From Salpingoeca rosetta (taxonomy: Eukaryota > Protista > Choanoflagellata), in NCBI GenBank assembly GCA_033442325.1, contig JAWQFM010000030.1:1-33200 (forward strand): a stretch of DNA of 33,200 nt, given 5' to 3'. Shown here piece by piece: positions 1-11,836 of the stretch (positions are counted from its first letter, which is position 1; the number at the start of each line of letters is the position of its first letter). The notes beneath the pieces were generated by a model. That model ran no database searches and was not told the DNA's origin. It saw nothing but the letters and a program-made list of their open reading frames with translations. The position numbers and the translations under genes are program-made.

Positions 1-2819
1 CATGCAGCAGATACCCGGGGACACATGCGTACGAGGTACTGCACGGGAATCTGCTCGAGTTGGCCACTGCCATCGCTGCGCCATCAATCACGGGTGGTGG
101 TTCACATGTCACGCCCACGCACACACCTGCAGTAGAATTACCGCACCCCTCACGAATGTAACCTGGAGGGCACAGGTCACACTCACGACAGGGTGTAGTT
201 GCGTTCTCTCCTGGATCCGTGGATTCAAAGAGCCTGAATTACAGCAACGACATGGACAAACCAGTTTCTGCGTGAGTGCGTGAGAATGCGTGAGAACGAC
301 TTGTAACCAACCCTCTCATCCTTCAACAGTCACATCCGTTCAAAATGCATGAGACTCACCCGGGTGCACAGGTACAAATGCCGGGATGATCTGCTGTGCA
401 ATTATACAGCTGCTCCACAGAAGCACAATGACGGCAGCACACGCGGTCGCTCGTCGATGTCGCAGCAGTCTTCTCGTACTGGCTGCTCGTGCACGTCGTC
501 AGCTTGCTGCACATGCGGTCGCTCGTCGATGTCGCAGCAGTCTTCTCATACTGGCTGCTCGTGCACGTCGTCAGCTTGCTGCACACGCGGTCGCTCGTCG
601 CCGTCGCAGCAGTCTTCTCATACTGGCTGCTCGTGCACGTCGTCAGCTTGCTGCACACGCGGTCGCTCGTCGCCGTCGCAGCAGTCTTCTCATACTGGCT
701 GCTCGTGCACGTCGTCAGCTTGCTGCACATGCGGTCGCTCGTCAGCGTCGGTGCACGAGACTCAAACTCGCTCTCACCATCGCACGTCGTCAGCTTGCTG
801 CACACGCGGTCGCTCGTCAGCGTCGGTGCACGAGACTCAAACTCGCTCTCACCATCGCACGTGGTCAGCGCCCGGCACTCCCGGTCTGTCGTCGCCGTCG
901 GCGCCTTCACCTCATACCCAGCATCCACATCGCACGTGCTCACCTTCCGGCACACAGCATCAGCGCTGCTCGTGCATGCCGTGTGCAGATACTCTCCGCT
1001 CGCGCACGACCGGCACCGCTTGCACGTCGTGTCTGCCTCGCTCGTGCACGGCGACTGCACAAAGTACCCGCTCCCGCACCGCGTGCATTCCGTGCACTCG
1101 GCATCAGCAAGCGGCGTGCACGCCGTCGACACAAACGTCCCGCTTGGGCACTCAGTGCACGCCTTGCACACAGCATTCGCGCTCTCGCTGCACCCAGACA
1201 TAAGATACTCAGACGACGTGCATTCCCGGCAGCTCGAGCACTTGCGGTCGCTCGAGTCCGTCGCGGCAACAGACTCGTACTCCGTGTCCGCACACACCGT
1301 CAGGTCCGCACACACCCTGTTCGTCGTCGCCGTGCACGTCGCCGTCTCATACTGCGTCCCGCTGTCGCACCGGTCGCACTCAGCGCAGTCCCGGTCCGTT
1401 GTCGCCGTCGGCTTCGACACCACAAACTGCGTCGAGTCGCACTGCGTCACACTCGCGCACTTGCGATCCGTCGTCGCCGTCGGCGCGCGCGTCTCGTACT
1501 CGCCGCTCCCGCACGTCGTCAGCCCCGTGCACTCCCGGTCGCTGTTCACTGTCGGCGCGCGCGTCTCATACTGCTCATCACTGCACGCCGTCAGCGCTCG
1601 GCACTGCGTGTCCGTGCTCACAGTCGCCGCACGGTACACGTACTCGTCCTCCTCGCACGTCGACACAGGCTGGCACGGCGTCTGCCCAGTTGTCGCCTTG
1701 AACTTCCCAGACGCGCACGTGCTGCACACCCGGTCCGTTGACGCTGTCGGCGCGCTCGTCTCCTCCTCGCCAGCGCCGCACTCGCTCACAGACGTGCACC
1801 TCGTCAGCCCAGCGCTCCCGGCATAGTTTACGCCTGCCTCGCACAACTTGCACGCCGTCGCAGCATCCTCGTCCTGGTCCACGTGGCCCGCCGCGCACTC
1901 AAACGCCGCACACCCGCCAGTGCGTCCGCGCGGCACATAGTGCCCGGCACTGCACGCAACACAGGGCGTCGTCCCGCTTCCGTCAGCATCCGTCGTGCCC
2001 GCAACACACTGCCGGCACTCCCGATCAGACGTCGCCGTCGGCGCGGACGTCTCCTCGCTGCCCGGCACACACTGCGTCACCCCGCAGCACTCGCGGTCCG
2101 TCGTCAGCGTCGCTGCCGTGCACTCGTACTCCCCAGGCTGGCACGCCGTCAGGTCCTTGCACCGGCGGTCACGCGTCGCTGTCGGCGCCTCAACCTCAAA
2201 CTGCGTGCTGCTGCACGTCGTCAGCGTCGCACACTCCGTGTCCTGCGACACGCTGCAAGCCTTCGTCTGGTACTCATCGCTGCCACACGTCGTGCACTGT
2301 CGGCACTGCGTTTGAGAGCTCAACGTGCATGACGAAAGCGTGTACTCATCGGACGCACACTCGTCACACCCAACACACTTGGTTGGCGACGTATCAGTGC
2401 ATGCCTTGTCAAGTGTCAGCCCATCCGTACACCTGCCGCAAGGAGAGCACTCTCTGTCCGTGGTTATTGTCGGTGCCTTGGACTCCCACTCGTCATCCTG
2501 GCACACCGTCAGCGCCTTGCACTTCCGATCAGACGAGCTCGTCGGCGCAACCGTCTCATACTCGGTGTCCTCACACGTCCTGTGCGCACGACACGTCCCA
2601 TCGCCAGCAGTCGCCTTAAATGTCCCGGGCGCACACTCAACGCACACCCGATCAGACGATGGTGTCGGAGCAACATCCTCCTACAAACACACACACAAAC
2701 ACGCACACACAAGCACATTGTTGCATCGCAGTCGCATCACACCAACCACGCGTGAGCCATCGTAACCAAACATACAGCCCAGGCACACACTCACGCACGG
2801 CTTGTACAACCCAAGTTCT

Positions 2820-2857
<38 letters not shown>

Positions 2858-5800
2858 CACACATATGCACACATATGCACACACATGCACACAGTCAGTC
2901 AAAACACACACACACACTACACAGTGACGTACCGTGAAGCCAGCAGCACACGTGCTCACAGCAACACATGTCGTGCCCTGCCCAGCAGCAGCCTTGAACG
3001 TCCCACTGGCACACGTGCGGCACTGCCGATCTGTGGACAGCGTCGGCGAAGCAATCTCCTCCTCACCAGCGCCGCACGTCGTCACAGAAATGCACCGCGT
3101 GCTCTGTCCGCTCTGCGCCTTGAACGTCGACCCGAGCTGGCACGGCTGACACACCCGGTTCCGCGTCGCACTCGGCGACGTCGTCTCCTCTTCGCCAGCC
3201 CCGCACGTCTTCACACTCAGGCACCGCTCCTGGCCCTTGCTCGGCTGGTACGTCGTCGCCCCGTCGCACGTCTCGCACGCCGTCCCAGCGTTGCTGTCTG
3301 TGTCAGCCGTGCCCGCGCTGCACTCGTACTGCGAGCAAGTCCCAGTCGACCCAGCTGGCACATACGTCCCACCGCCGCACGTCACGCACGCGTCGCTGCC
3401 GTCGCTGTTGGCATCCGTCGTCCCAGCTGGGCACGCCTCGCACACGCGGTCGCTGCTCGCCGTCGGCGCCACCTTCTCCTGCTCCCCTGCACCGCACGTT
3501 GTCAGCCCGCGGCACACGCGGTCGGTTGTTGCTGTTTGAGAACGAACTTCGTACTGGCTGCTCGTGCACACTGTCAAGCGAGTGCACCTTCGGTTTGAGG
3601 TGGAGGTACATGGCGATGTCTCGTACGTGGAAGATGGACAAGCGGTGCATGACGTGCAATTGCCTGTGCTATTAACCAATTTGTACGTTCTACAAAGCAA
3701 GGGGAAACGCAATTGCAACAGCCGAGTGAGTGTTCTCGAATTCATGCATGATCAACGCAAGCGAATATTTGCACACCACAGGGCAGCATGTGTCTTGCGT
3801 GAGTGAGCTTGTTGCCGAGCATCAAACTTACCCTGACGAGCACGTGCGGCAATATCCGCTGTTTTGGCCGCCGCACTTGTAGCGGTAGGTGCCGGCAGGA
3901 CAAGAGGCACATGCCCGACAAGTGCCTGCGCTTGATCCTCCGCACCCAGAGCGGTATTCACCGGGTGAACAGTTGTCGCATGCGTAGCAGTTCGTCGCTC
4001 CGTAGTAGGGCATGTATGTGCCTGTGCCGCAGTATGAGCAGTATGGGGCTGTGCCGTAGTAGCCAGGGTTGCAGTAGCAGCTGCTGTCACAGCCCGTGTC
4101 GCAGCTGATCGGCGTACACGTGTCGCAGGAGTCATCTGCGATGGCAAACAGCGATTTTAAAAGAAGGGAGGTTCGTCAACATGATTTGAAGTGAGCGGGG
4201 AAGGCGGCCGTGCAGCAGACGTAAGCAAGGCAGGAGCCACATTAATGTCGACACAATGTTCTAGCAGAGTTCCATCAATGCAATGAGGGCAAAGGGAGAT
4301 TGGAACGCACCGCAGCTATCATCACAGCCCCTGAGGATGATGAACCGCAGATAATTCATGGGAGCCAAGAACGAGCAGGTGTGAGCGGTGACAGCGGTAA
4401 CGCAAGGGATGTTGAATGTGAATAATGGTTCAGTTGTGCAGGGGAGGAGAGAGTCGCAGTAATCATCGAGTCGCGCCAGCAACATGTAATGTGAGTGAAC
4501 AGACAAGACCGACACATCTTACGAATCGCATGGGCCGTCGCAGCCAGTGTCTGCGTTAGGAAGAAGGGAAAGTTTGGGGGGCGCAAGTTAGGTGCATGTG
4601 AGCTTGTGTATTGGAAAATCAAGACTTGGCAGCAAGGCGGTGATGGCTGGTGCACATCAGCAAAAACAGCAGAGGGCACAATTGAAGAGAGTTCATTTCA
4701 GCAGCTGCATGCACTCACCACATGAATCGTCTGTTGGTGTTGGCATGTCAACGCGACGAGAGCACGGTTATCGGAGTTGAACGGAGTGAGATGTCGGCCA
4801 CACACACACAAAACAAGACGATCATCATGCCAGTCAATAAACTTTACAGGCCTGCAAGCATTGGCAGGCCAGGTGGGATGTCGGTGGTAACTGACCGCAG
4901 CCATCGTCACAGTAGTCGTCGCAGTATGTCTGCAGCCATATGGGTGTTGATGTGGGGTTTACGGGGAAGCGTGGGCAGAGGACGATGTATGTGAGGAGGA
5001 AGCATGTGACACTGCGCTAAAGTGGTCTCACTGACGAACATGTTGACGATATCACTCACCCAAGCACATGTGTCGTCGCATCCGTAGTCGCAATTCCCGT
5101 TGCAATCTGGCAAGCGCAAAGGCATCAGTGGAAAGCGCGCGCGCGTGTGCATGTGTGGTGTGTGTGTGTGTGCGTGTGCGTGTGTGTGCGTGTGTGAACG
5201 AGAACGTGTGTGATGTGTGCGCTCCCGGGTAGCAAGCTCGTGTTCCCAGTGACAAGCCAGCAAATGACCTCACAAGCCTATCATTTGCAAGCAAGCATTC
5301 ATAAGACAAACGCACAATCATCGCAGCTGTCGTAGCAGATGTCGCAGCCAGAGTCGCATCCGCTGTAGCAGGTATCACAGCCGTCGTCTAAAGTTATGGT
5401 GTCAAACACCGCATGCGTCCAAATGTTAGACCACGAATGCCATCCGTTGTACGTTGCCGTGCAACACGGGAGGCTGGGGCAATGATGCATGGTGTGGCAT
5501 GTTTGAGCAACGAACCACAGCCTCCGTCACAGTAGTCGTCGCAGGAGTCATCGCAGGTGGTGACACAGTAATCACAGCTGCTGTCGCAACTGCCTGTAAA
5601 TGGTGGTAAAAATGAAACAGACCAAAGCGGTGAAGAATGCTGAGTTAAACGACACAAACACACGAGTCAACGGCATCACAAGCGTAAAATGTGCTTGCGG
5701 TGTGTGATATGCAATGAGATGGTGCTCGGAAGCACAAGAGAGATTGGCTTTGCACTCACTCTCGCATCCGATGCTGAAAATGGTGCAATTGGAATCACAG

Positions 5801-6262
5801 CTGTCATCACAGCTTGAGCAGGACGTCGAGCAGCTCCTGAAGGTCGTGGACGTGTGAGACAGCTCATGAGCGGTGGGCAGCAGTAGAAGGTACAGGAACA
5901 GAAGAAGAGAAGACAACAACAAAAAGCGAGCAAGCGGCCAACATTGACGCGTGTGAACAGCTCCACGCACGCCTTCCGATGATAAACTTACGAGTCGCAT
6001 CCAGAGTCGCAATAGTAATCGCAGCTGGCAAAGAGAAGGAGGTAAAGCAGGAAGAAAACAGGCAACAGAGCATTCGAGAGGCAACAGGTGAACAGTGTGA
6101 GATCACGCACGTGTTGGGTTGCGTTGCAAGCTCAAACAGGACTTATGCTAGCATGGTGCACAAGCTCTGTGTGTGTGTAATTTGGAACGGACGAAGACGA
6201 GCTTCCTTACCCGTAATCGCAGCCAGCGTTGCAGTCGTCATCACAAAAGTCGTCACAACCAC
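1..6262 (-). CDS. Large extracellular cysteine-rich repeat protein: C-x3-C Asp-rich N-terminal region, TNFR-like/ephrin-receptor-like Cys repeats and a Sushi/CCP domain. First exon not found; the 3' end runs out of the window
   Basis: Fourteen phase-compatible GT-AG exons: 6262-6211, 6024-5992, 5836-5760, 5593-5516, 5387-5316, 5106-5060, 4929-4896, 4730-4719, 4550-4523, 4330-4311, 4135-3832, 3689-2933, 2680-360, 162-<1. Junctions read through, e.g. CSSG/TYKL, AAGFT/EDVAPT and CTCAPG/YIREGC. Repeats are CxxxTxCxxxEYExxAPTxTSDRxC. The last exon reads CEPPPVIDG...YACVPGYLLH, which is Sushi-like. Confidence 0.85.
360..2680 (-). CDS. Largest exon of the Cys-rich gene; tandem TNFR-like 'T-x-T-S-D-R-x-C' repeats
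   Basis: ORF 356-2647, bounded by acceptor GTAG at 2684-2681 and donor GTGAGT at 359-354. Confidence 0.9.
438..865 (-). repeat. Coding tandem repeat: four near-identical 72-nt units and two 75-nt units
   Basis: The 72-nt units encode SKLTTCTSSQYEKTAAT[AS]TSDR[VM]C and the 75-nt units encode ...TTCDGESEFESRAPTLTSDR[VM]C. GCGGTCGCTCGTC recurs at 443, 515 and onward with a period of 72. Confidence 0.9.
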
Positions 6263-7048
6263 CTGCGTCATGTGGCACAATAACAGCCAAACAGCGCGAC
6301 TCCTTTTGAGGGCTATGACACACCCAGAGAGGAGACGATAGAGTGGGAGGCAAAGGAAACAAGGACATCATATCTCTACAGTCTGTCAGCAAACCCATCT
6401 GCGACAGTGCGTGCGTCGTGGTTGACAGTCTTTCAGAACAGGCGTCCCCATCAGCCACAGAGAGAGCGTGACTCGAGCAGGGGACGGAGACAAGAGGAGA
6501 GGACAAGCCACGGTGAACCGCACACGCAGACGTGGGTGTGTGTGTGTGTGTGTTTGCATGAATCTGTGATCGAACACGTGTGCATTGCATATGCGTGATT
6601 ACGAAAACTGCAAATCAACGCTGCTGGTTTCTTCGGAGCGGACAAGCAGTCACAAATCACACCGTACCAATGAAACATTGCATTGAAGTATTGAACTGCC
6701 CGTAGTTCTTTCGTTCTCTTGTCTGCAGCAACAGCAACGTGAGGTGAGTAACGGTTGGCGATGGATGACCACGCTCTCCCTTTCACACGTGCCCAGCTCC
6801 AAGGCAGATTTGACTTTGGGATTGAGCGATCCGTTTGCCCATCTTTGTGACGCATGCGCCTAAATTTTCGCGCCATTGGTCCTCCTCTCAGTCTCTATTT
6901 TCTTGTCGACCACAAACCACGCCACTTTCTACCTTCCGTTTCGCTTGTTCGCTTGTTTGCCGTGCTTAGTGTCAGGCTGACGCTGTTGTTGTGGAGCTGT
7001 GTAGAGAGAAGTCTTGAACTGGAACCATGCCCCACCATGTCTGTCGCA

Positions 7049-8436
7049 AGTGTGGCCGTGAAGTGAAGCACAAGCACAGGAGTGCGCAAGACAGCAGCAT
7101 CCAGCCATCGTCACACAGGAGGACGACACGCATCATGATACGCAGCAAGCTGACTCTGACACATGGCTCTCGTGAATACGTCTTCGTTGCTTGCACTGTT
7201 GGCGTGTTTGGTTCTTCCTCTTCTTGATGGAGTGGCCTGTGATGATGGCGATTAGCCCTTCAGGCTGCTTGAGTTGTTGAATTGCACACGAGTGGCGAAG
7301 ACCTTGGTCGTTTGGTCGCTATCTCTAGCGTCTCTCCTTCTCTGTTGGGTGTCTTGTCGACGTGTCATAAACGAATAAACACCATTATCTCGTTAGGGGA
7401 ATCAGTTCAGTTACAGAACGGGCGTTATTCGTTTGGGAGTCAGTGCCAGCACACACAACACACGCGTGCATTGAAGAAGTGTGGGCAAAGAAGAGGGATG
7501 GTGCACGCTGTCTGGACGTTGAACTGCATGCAGTCGACACAAGATGCCGGGTGGTCAACGTAAAGGCCTGTGTGAGTGTGTGGGTCTACTCCACTCGGCA
7601 GTCGCGGTGGAACAAAGGAAACAGAAGATACACGAAGCACGCGTACAAAGGTCGATGCAATCGTTCGACACTCACCACATGAGGTTCATCAAAGGAGGCA
7701 GAAATCCGCACACACTAAAGGTAAGGACACAGACAGATGGACAGTGCGAAGACCAGTGTGGCCGTGAAGTGAAGCACAAGCACAGGAGTGCTCACGACAG
7801 CAGCATCCAGCCATCGTCACACAGGAGGACGACACGCATCATGATACGCAGCAAGCTGACTCTGACACATGGCTCTCGTGAATACGTCTTCGTTGCTTGC
7901 ACTGTTGGCGTGTTTGGTTCTTCCTCTTCTTGATGGAGTGGCCTGTGATGATGGCGATTAGCCCTTCAGGCTGCTTGAGTTGTTGAATTGCACATGTGTG
8001 GCGAAGACCTTGGTCGTTTGGTCGCTATCTCTAGCGTCTCTCCTTCTCTGTTGGGTGTCTTGTCGACGTGTCATAAACGAAAAAACACCATTGTCTCGTC
8101 AGGGGAATCAGTTCAGTTACAGAACGGGCGTTGTTTGTTTGGGAGTCAGTGCCAGCACACACAACACACGCGTGCATTGAAGAAGTGTGAGCAAAGAAGA
8201 GGGATGGTGCACGCTGTCTGGACGTTGAATTGCATGCAGTCGACACAAGATGCCGGGTGGTCAACGTAAAGGCCTGTGTGGGTCTACTCTACTCAGCAGT
8301 CGAGGTAGAACAAAGGAAACAGAAGATACACGAAGCACGCAAACAAAGGTCGATGCAATCGTTCGACACTCACCACATGAGGTTCATCAAAGGAGGCAGA
8401 AATCCGCACACACCAAAGGTAAGAAGGACACAGACA
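7049..8436. repeat. Near-tandem direct duplication of ~690 bp (copy 1 ~7049-7737, copy 2 ~7755-8436)
   Basis: Both copies start AGTGTGGCCGTGAAGTGAAGCAC (7049 and 7755; offset 706). Parallel ORFs occur at 7282 and 7988. The copies differ by scattered substitutions and an 8-nt indel. Confidence 0.92.
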
Positions 8437-8899
8437 CAGACACACACACAGACAGACACACACACACACAGAAGTGCACCATGAAGTAATTGCTCACCCT
8501 CCTCTGTCTTTCATGCACATAGATCCACTTGTTTTGTTGCTGACAGCTCCAGCTGAAACCTCTGCGCATTCGCCATGCACGCAGACACATCCTTTGACAA
8601 ACCAACAAACCAGTCTTGAATATGGCGCGTTTAACACGTTCGGCACATCGATACGCAAGCAATAAGCTTGCCGGCCTGCGGTCCTGTCGACCAATGCTGT
8701 CCACACCCTTGCCCATGAGTGAGGCATTTGGACACAGAGACAGGAGTGGAGAGAGGACAGTGGCGACGCAGCCGAATGCAAATGCAAACACAGAGAGGCA
8801 CACAGAGAGGCGCTGAGACACTGAAGCGAACACACACACACACACACACTCTCTCTCTCTCTCTCTCTTTTTATGCTAGCACAAGCATACCCTCCCTCC

Positions 8900-9773
8900 G
8901 TCCTTCTTCTCCTCTGCCTCACTTTGGGCGACGTCGACACATCAACGAACATACACCTCCATGAAGGCGCCATTCGAAGCACTGCCGAGAAAGCCAAGCG
9001 CAGACTGCTCTGCGTTGGCGGATGTACGCAAGGGCCCAAGCGACCCAGTTTCGCCCAATGGACGGCGGGCGTTGTGACCAAAACTCCACGCGAAGCCGCA
9101 TGTGCTTTTGCCATACGTCGAGTCGGAGCCGTGCCATCAACACGTCTTCGTCGCATCGGCTTCCTTTGGCGGACACGTTGCAGCTTCAGACAGCCGGTGC
9201 TGCACGGCACCGGGACGCCTGAGAAGAGGGCTTGAAGGGAATCGCTGGCCAGCGCACCTTCGTACGGGATCCACTCTTCCGTGTTGGAGACAAACAGCAC
9301 GTCCACTGCCTTTGGAAACCACGCGTTTCCTTTGAAGTCGTTCTGGCATTCTGCTGTTCAAACGAGTTCTTGGTTTGACCACAGGTTGCAGCGATTCAAT
9401 GTCCATGTATTGGTGCCGTCGTTTGAGAAGCGAGCGGCGAGCGTCCACGGGTGTGCACTTTCACCTGCGATCTCCACTTTGCATTTCGTCGTCGCCAAAA
9501 ACGTCTGCAATGCCCGAGTCTACGTCGCACCTGAGCGAATTCCCGTTGAGCAAGTCTTTCATGCTGGCGATCTCGTCCTGAAGCCTTGCAACGGTGTTGT
9601 GCAAGCCTTGCACGTCGACGCCGTTCGGGGTCTGTGGTGTTAATTACCAGCCTGCCGGAATCCTCTTCTTTGAGGACAGCGCCCAACACCGCAGTCGGAT
9701 GCGGTGCCAAGCACTGAAGCAGCAGAGCCGCTGCCAAGTAGGAGTGTGAAAGGAACAGCGTCCACTCTTCCAC
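8900..9773 (-). pseudogene. Disrupted secreted protein: signal peptide, GxLxINTxDP/NGVDV module, coiled coil and fibrinogen/intelectin-like domain. 3' boundary approximate
   Basis: Three frames join: MEEWTLFLSHSYLAAALLLQCLA...SGRLVINTTDP | NGVDVQGLHNTVARLQDEIASMKDLL...C (from 9625) | KCKVEIAGESAHPWTLAARFSNDGTNTW...LWSNQELV*TAECQNDFKGNAW...DVLFV. There is an in-frame TGA at 9360-9358. Confidence 0.65.
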
Positions 9774-10724
9774 CGCCTTTGCTGCGAAAACATTGTCAGT
9801 TCTGTTCTTGTTGCGTTGTTGAGGTACACGAGGGAGGACGGTGTTTAGGTGTTTGGTCTTTCTGCTTGTGTTCGCTCGCGCTCACGCAAACTTTGTTCTT
9901 GCTTGCAGACTCGCAGAGCTGGGGGGGGGGGGGCTGGTCTTTGAGTGAGTGAGACTTGATGTCAAGAAAGAAGAAAAGCAAACCATCTTCAGCAAATGGG
10001 AGAGTGGCCGGAAAGTGGAGATGCTGAAAGACTGAAAGAGATGCTCAGGGTGTTTGTTCACCCTCGCCACATCAGCGAGCTAAAGAGAGAGCTCTAAAGC
10101 TGTCTCACTCACGCGAGAAGGCCACGAATTCGCGAACAGTACAACAACTCGAACAAGCAGAACGAGGCGAAGAACGAGGCGAACGAAGCAAACCCCATTG
10201 ACCCGTTCGTTCGCTGTCCCACCCGCCGAGCGCACCGTTGTCTCATCTCCGCCTTTGTTCGATCCATCCAATGGGGACAAACCGGGACAGCCTTGTGGGC
10301 TTGCTCACGATACACGGGAAATTTTCTCCCACTTCGTTTGTGCGATTGTTGCCCAGCGTCCACACCTTGACTTTCAGGCCTTTTGTGCTTGTGCGTTGTT
10401 TCGCTTGTTGCCCCCCCCCCACCTCACCTGAGGCTTTCCCCTCAGCCACTCTCTTCCCACATTGCTCCCTTCTTCTCCTTCCTTTCATTTCTTCCTCTGA
10501 GCCGACTGCAACTGCAACGAAGCAGCAACTTCCGTCTCTTTGCGTTCCTGTCGCACAATTTGCCAGAGCAAGCCTTCATTCACCCCTCCACCCTGCAGCT
10601 ACTCCTGAGCACCTCCCCGGCGGCTTGACCTGTTGGCTGACGCTAGGACAGAAGACTGCACTGCACACCCACACACACACACACACGCACACACACACAC
10701 ACATCTGAAAACAACGACGACGAG

Positions 10725-11623
10725 ATGCCATCCTCCTCCGTGCTCAGGACCGTGGCCATTATGGCGGCGATTGTCCTTGTGACGGCGACGGGCGGCTTCC
10801 AGGGCGTGCTTGGTTCCTGCCATGGGCAGGAGGAAGCTGAGGGCTCATGCAGCGCAATTTACCGCCAGTGTTCCGCCGCATCCCTCGCCCAAGTGTGCGG
10901 ACACAGCGATGACGACCTACCGCTGAGCTTTGGTCACTCATTTTGTCAAAGGTTTGAGCGCGGATTCAACGACTTCACTGGGCGTGGCCGGCGGTGGGTG
11001 CGATCCACAAAGAAGTGCTTGCAGGGCAAACTGGATGCCTATTTCCGCTCAAACCCAAACAGCCGTTGCCGCACATTGAGCGCGACAGAGTTGAGTCGCA
11101 CCTGTCATGCTACACACAGGCATCAAAGAACGCCTGCAACCTCCGTCGGAGTGACAGGCAGCTGATCTTCGACATCGTGAGGAACGCGTACAATGAATTC
11201 CAGACGACCTCCACGATTCGTCAAGGTCTGCAAACGGCGTTCAGTTGCCTCGGGTCCTTCGGAGCACCCAACAACAGGCATCAGCAAGTCAAGCCTCTGT
11301 ACGGGGCTGCGGGACTTCTTCAACAACTGATTGATGCCTTGACTCGACGGTCAGTACCGTCCATCTCTGCTTCGATGGCCAAGTCTGTGGAACAGCAGCT
11401 GGCTCAGCAGCTGGGCATCACGCCTGAAAGCATTCACATCACCGTGAAAACCATGGGTACCGCCACCAACATCTTCAGCGACCTTGCCAGCAACATGACG
11501 AACGCAAACGCCACAGCACGCGCCCAGGATGCTGATGACTCTGGGCCCCACTTTGCGGTTGTCATTGACATCTCCGATGCGCAAGGGCATGCGGACAGGT
11601 TGGCAGCGCGGGCGACTGCGCTC
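10725..11623 (+). pseudogene. Secreted stanniocalcin-like protein with a 1-nt frameshift near 11070-11075 (pseudogene or sequence error); runs into a gap
   Basis: Signal peptide MPSSSVLRTVAIMAAIVLVTATGG. Cys pattern C..C..CG..FGHSFCQRF..FTGRGRRWVRSTKKCLQGKL..C continues in the other frame as IERDRVESHLSCY..ACNL. A SEA-like segment LAQQLGITPESIHITV follows. Confidence 0.65.
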
Positions 11624-11723
11624 NNNNNNNNNNNNNNNNNNNNNNNNNNNNNNNNNNNNNNNNNNNNNNNNNNNNNNNNNNNNNNNNNNNNNNNNNNNNN
11701 NNNNNNNNNNNNNNNNNNNNNNN

Positions 11724-11778
<55 letters not shown>

Positions 11779-11836
11779 GTGTGTGTGTGTGCGCGCGCGT
11801 GTTCATGTGTGTGTGTGTGTGTGTGCCATTGCTTAC

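Noticed and set aside
438-865. CRISPR-like appearance of regularly spaced repeats
   Set aside because: The units are contiguous in-frame coding repeats with no unique spacers. The context is eukaryotic and there are no cas genes.
349-3598. Long plus-strand ORFs (e.g. 349-1203, 386-1741, 489-1826, 1738-2619, 2855-3598)
   Set aside because: Antisense shadows of the GC-rich repetitive Cys-rich exons, with no domain signal.
6207-6590. ORF in frame with the first microexon, as the true start of the Cys-rich gene
   Set aside because: It has no signal peptide and includes a translated CA tract, and a good acceptor exists at 6263. The start remains undetermined.
7049-8436. LTR pair or transposon
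   Set aside because: The copies are almost adjacent, with no internal coding region, no TG...CA ends and no evident target-site duplication.
9358-9360. In-frame TGA as selenocysteine
   Set aside because: The gene also has two frameshifts, no SECIS was identified, and the position is not a redox motif.
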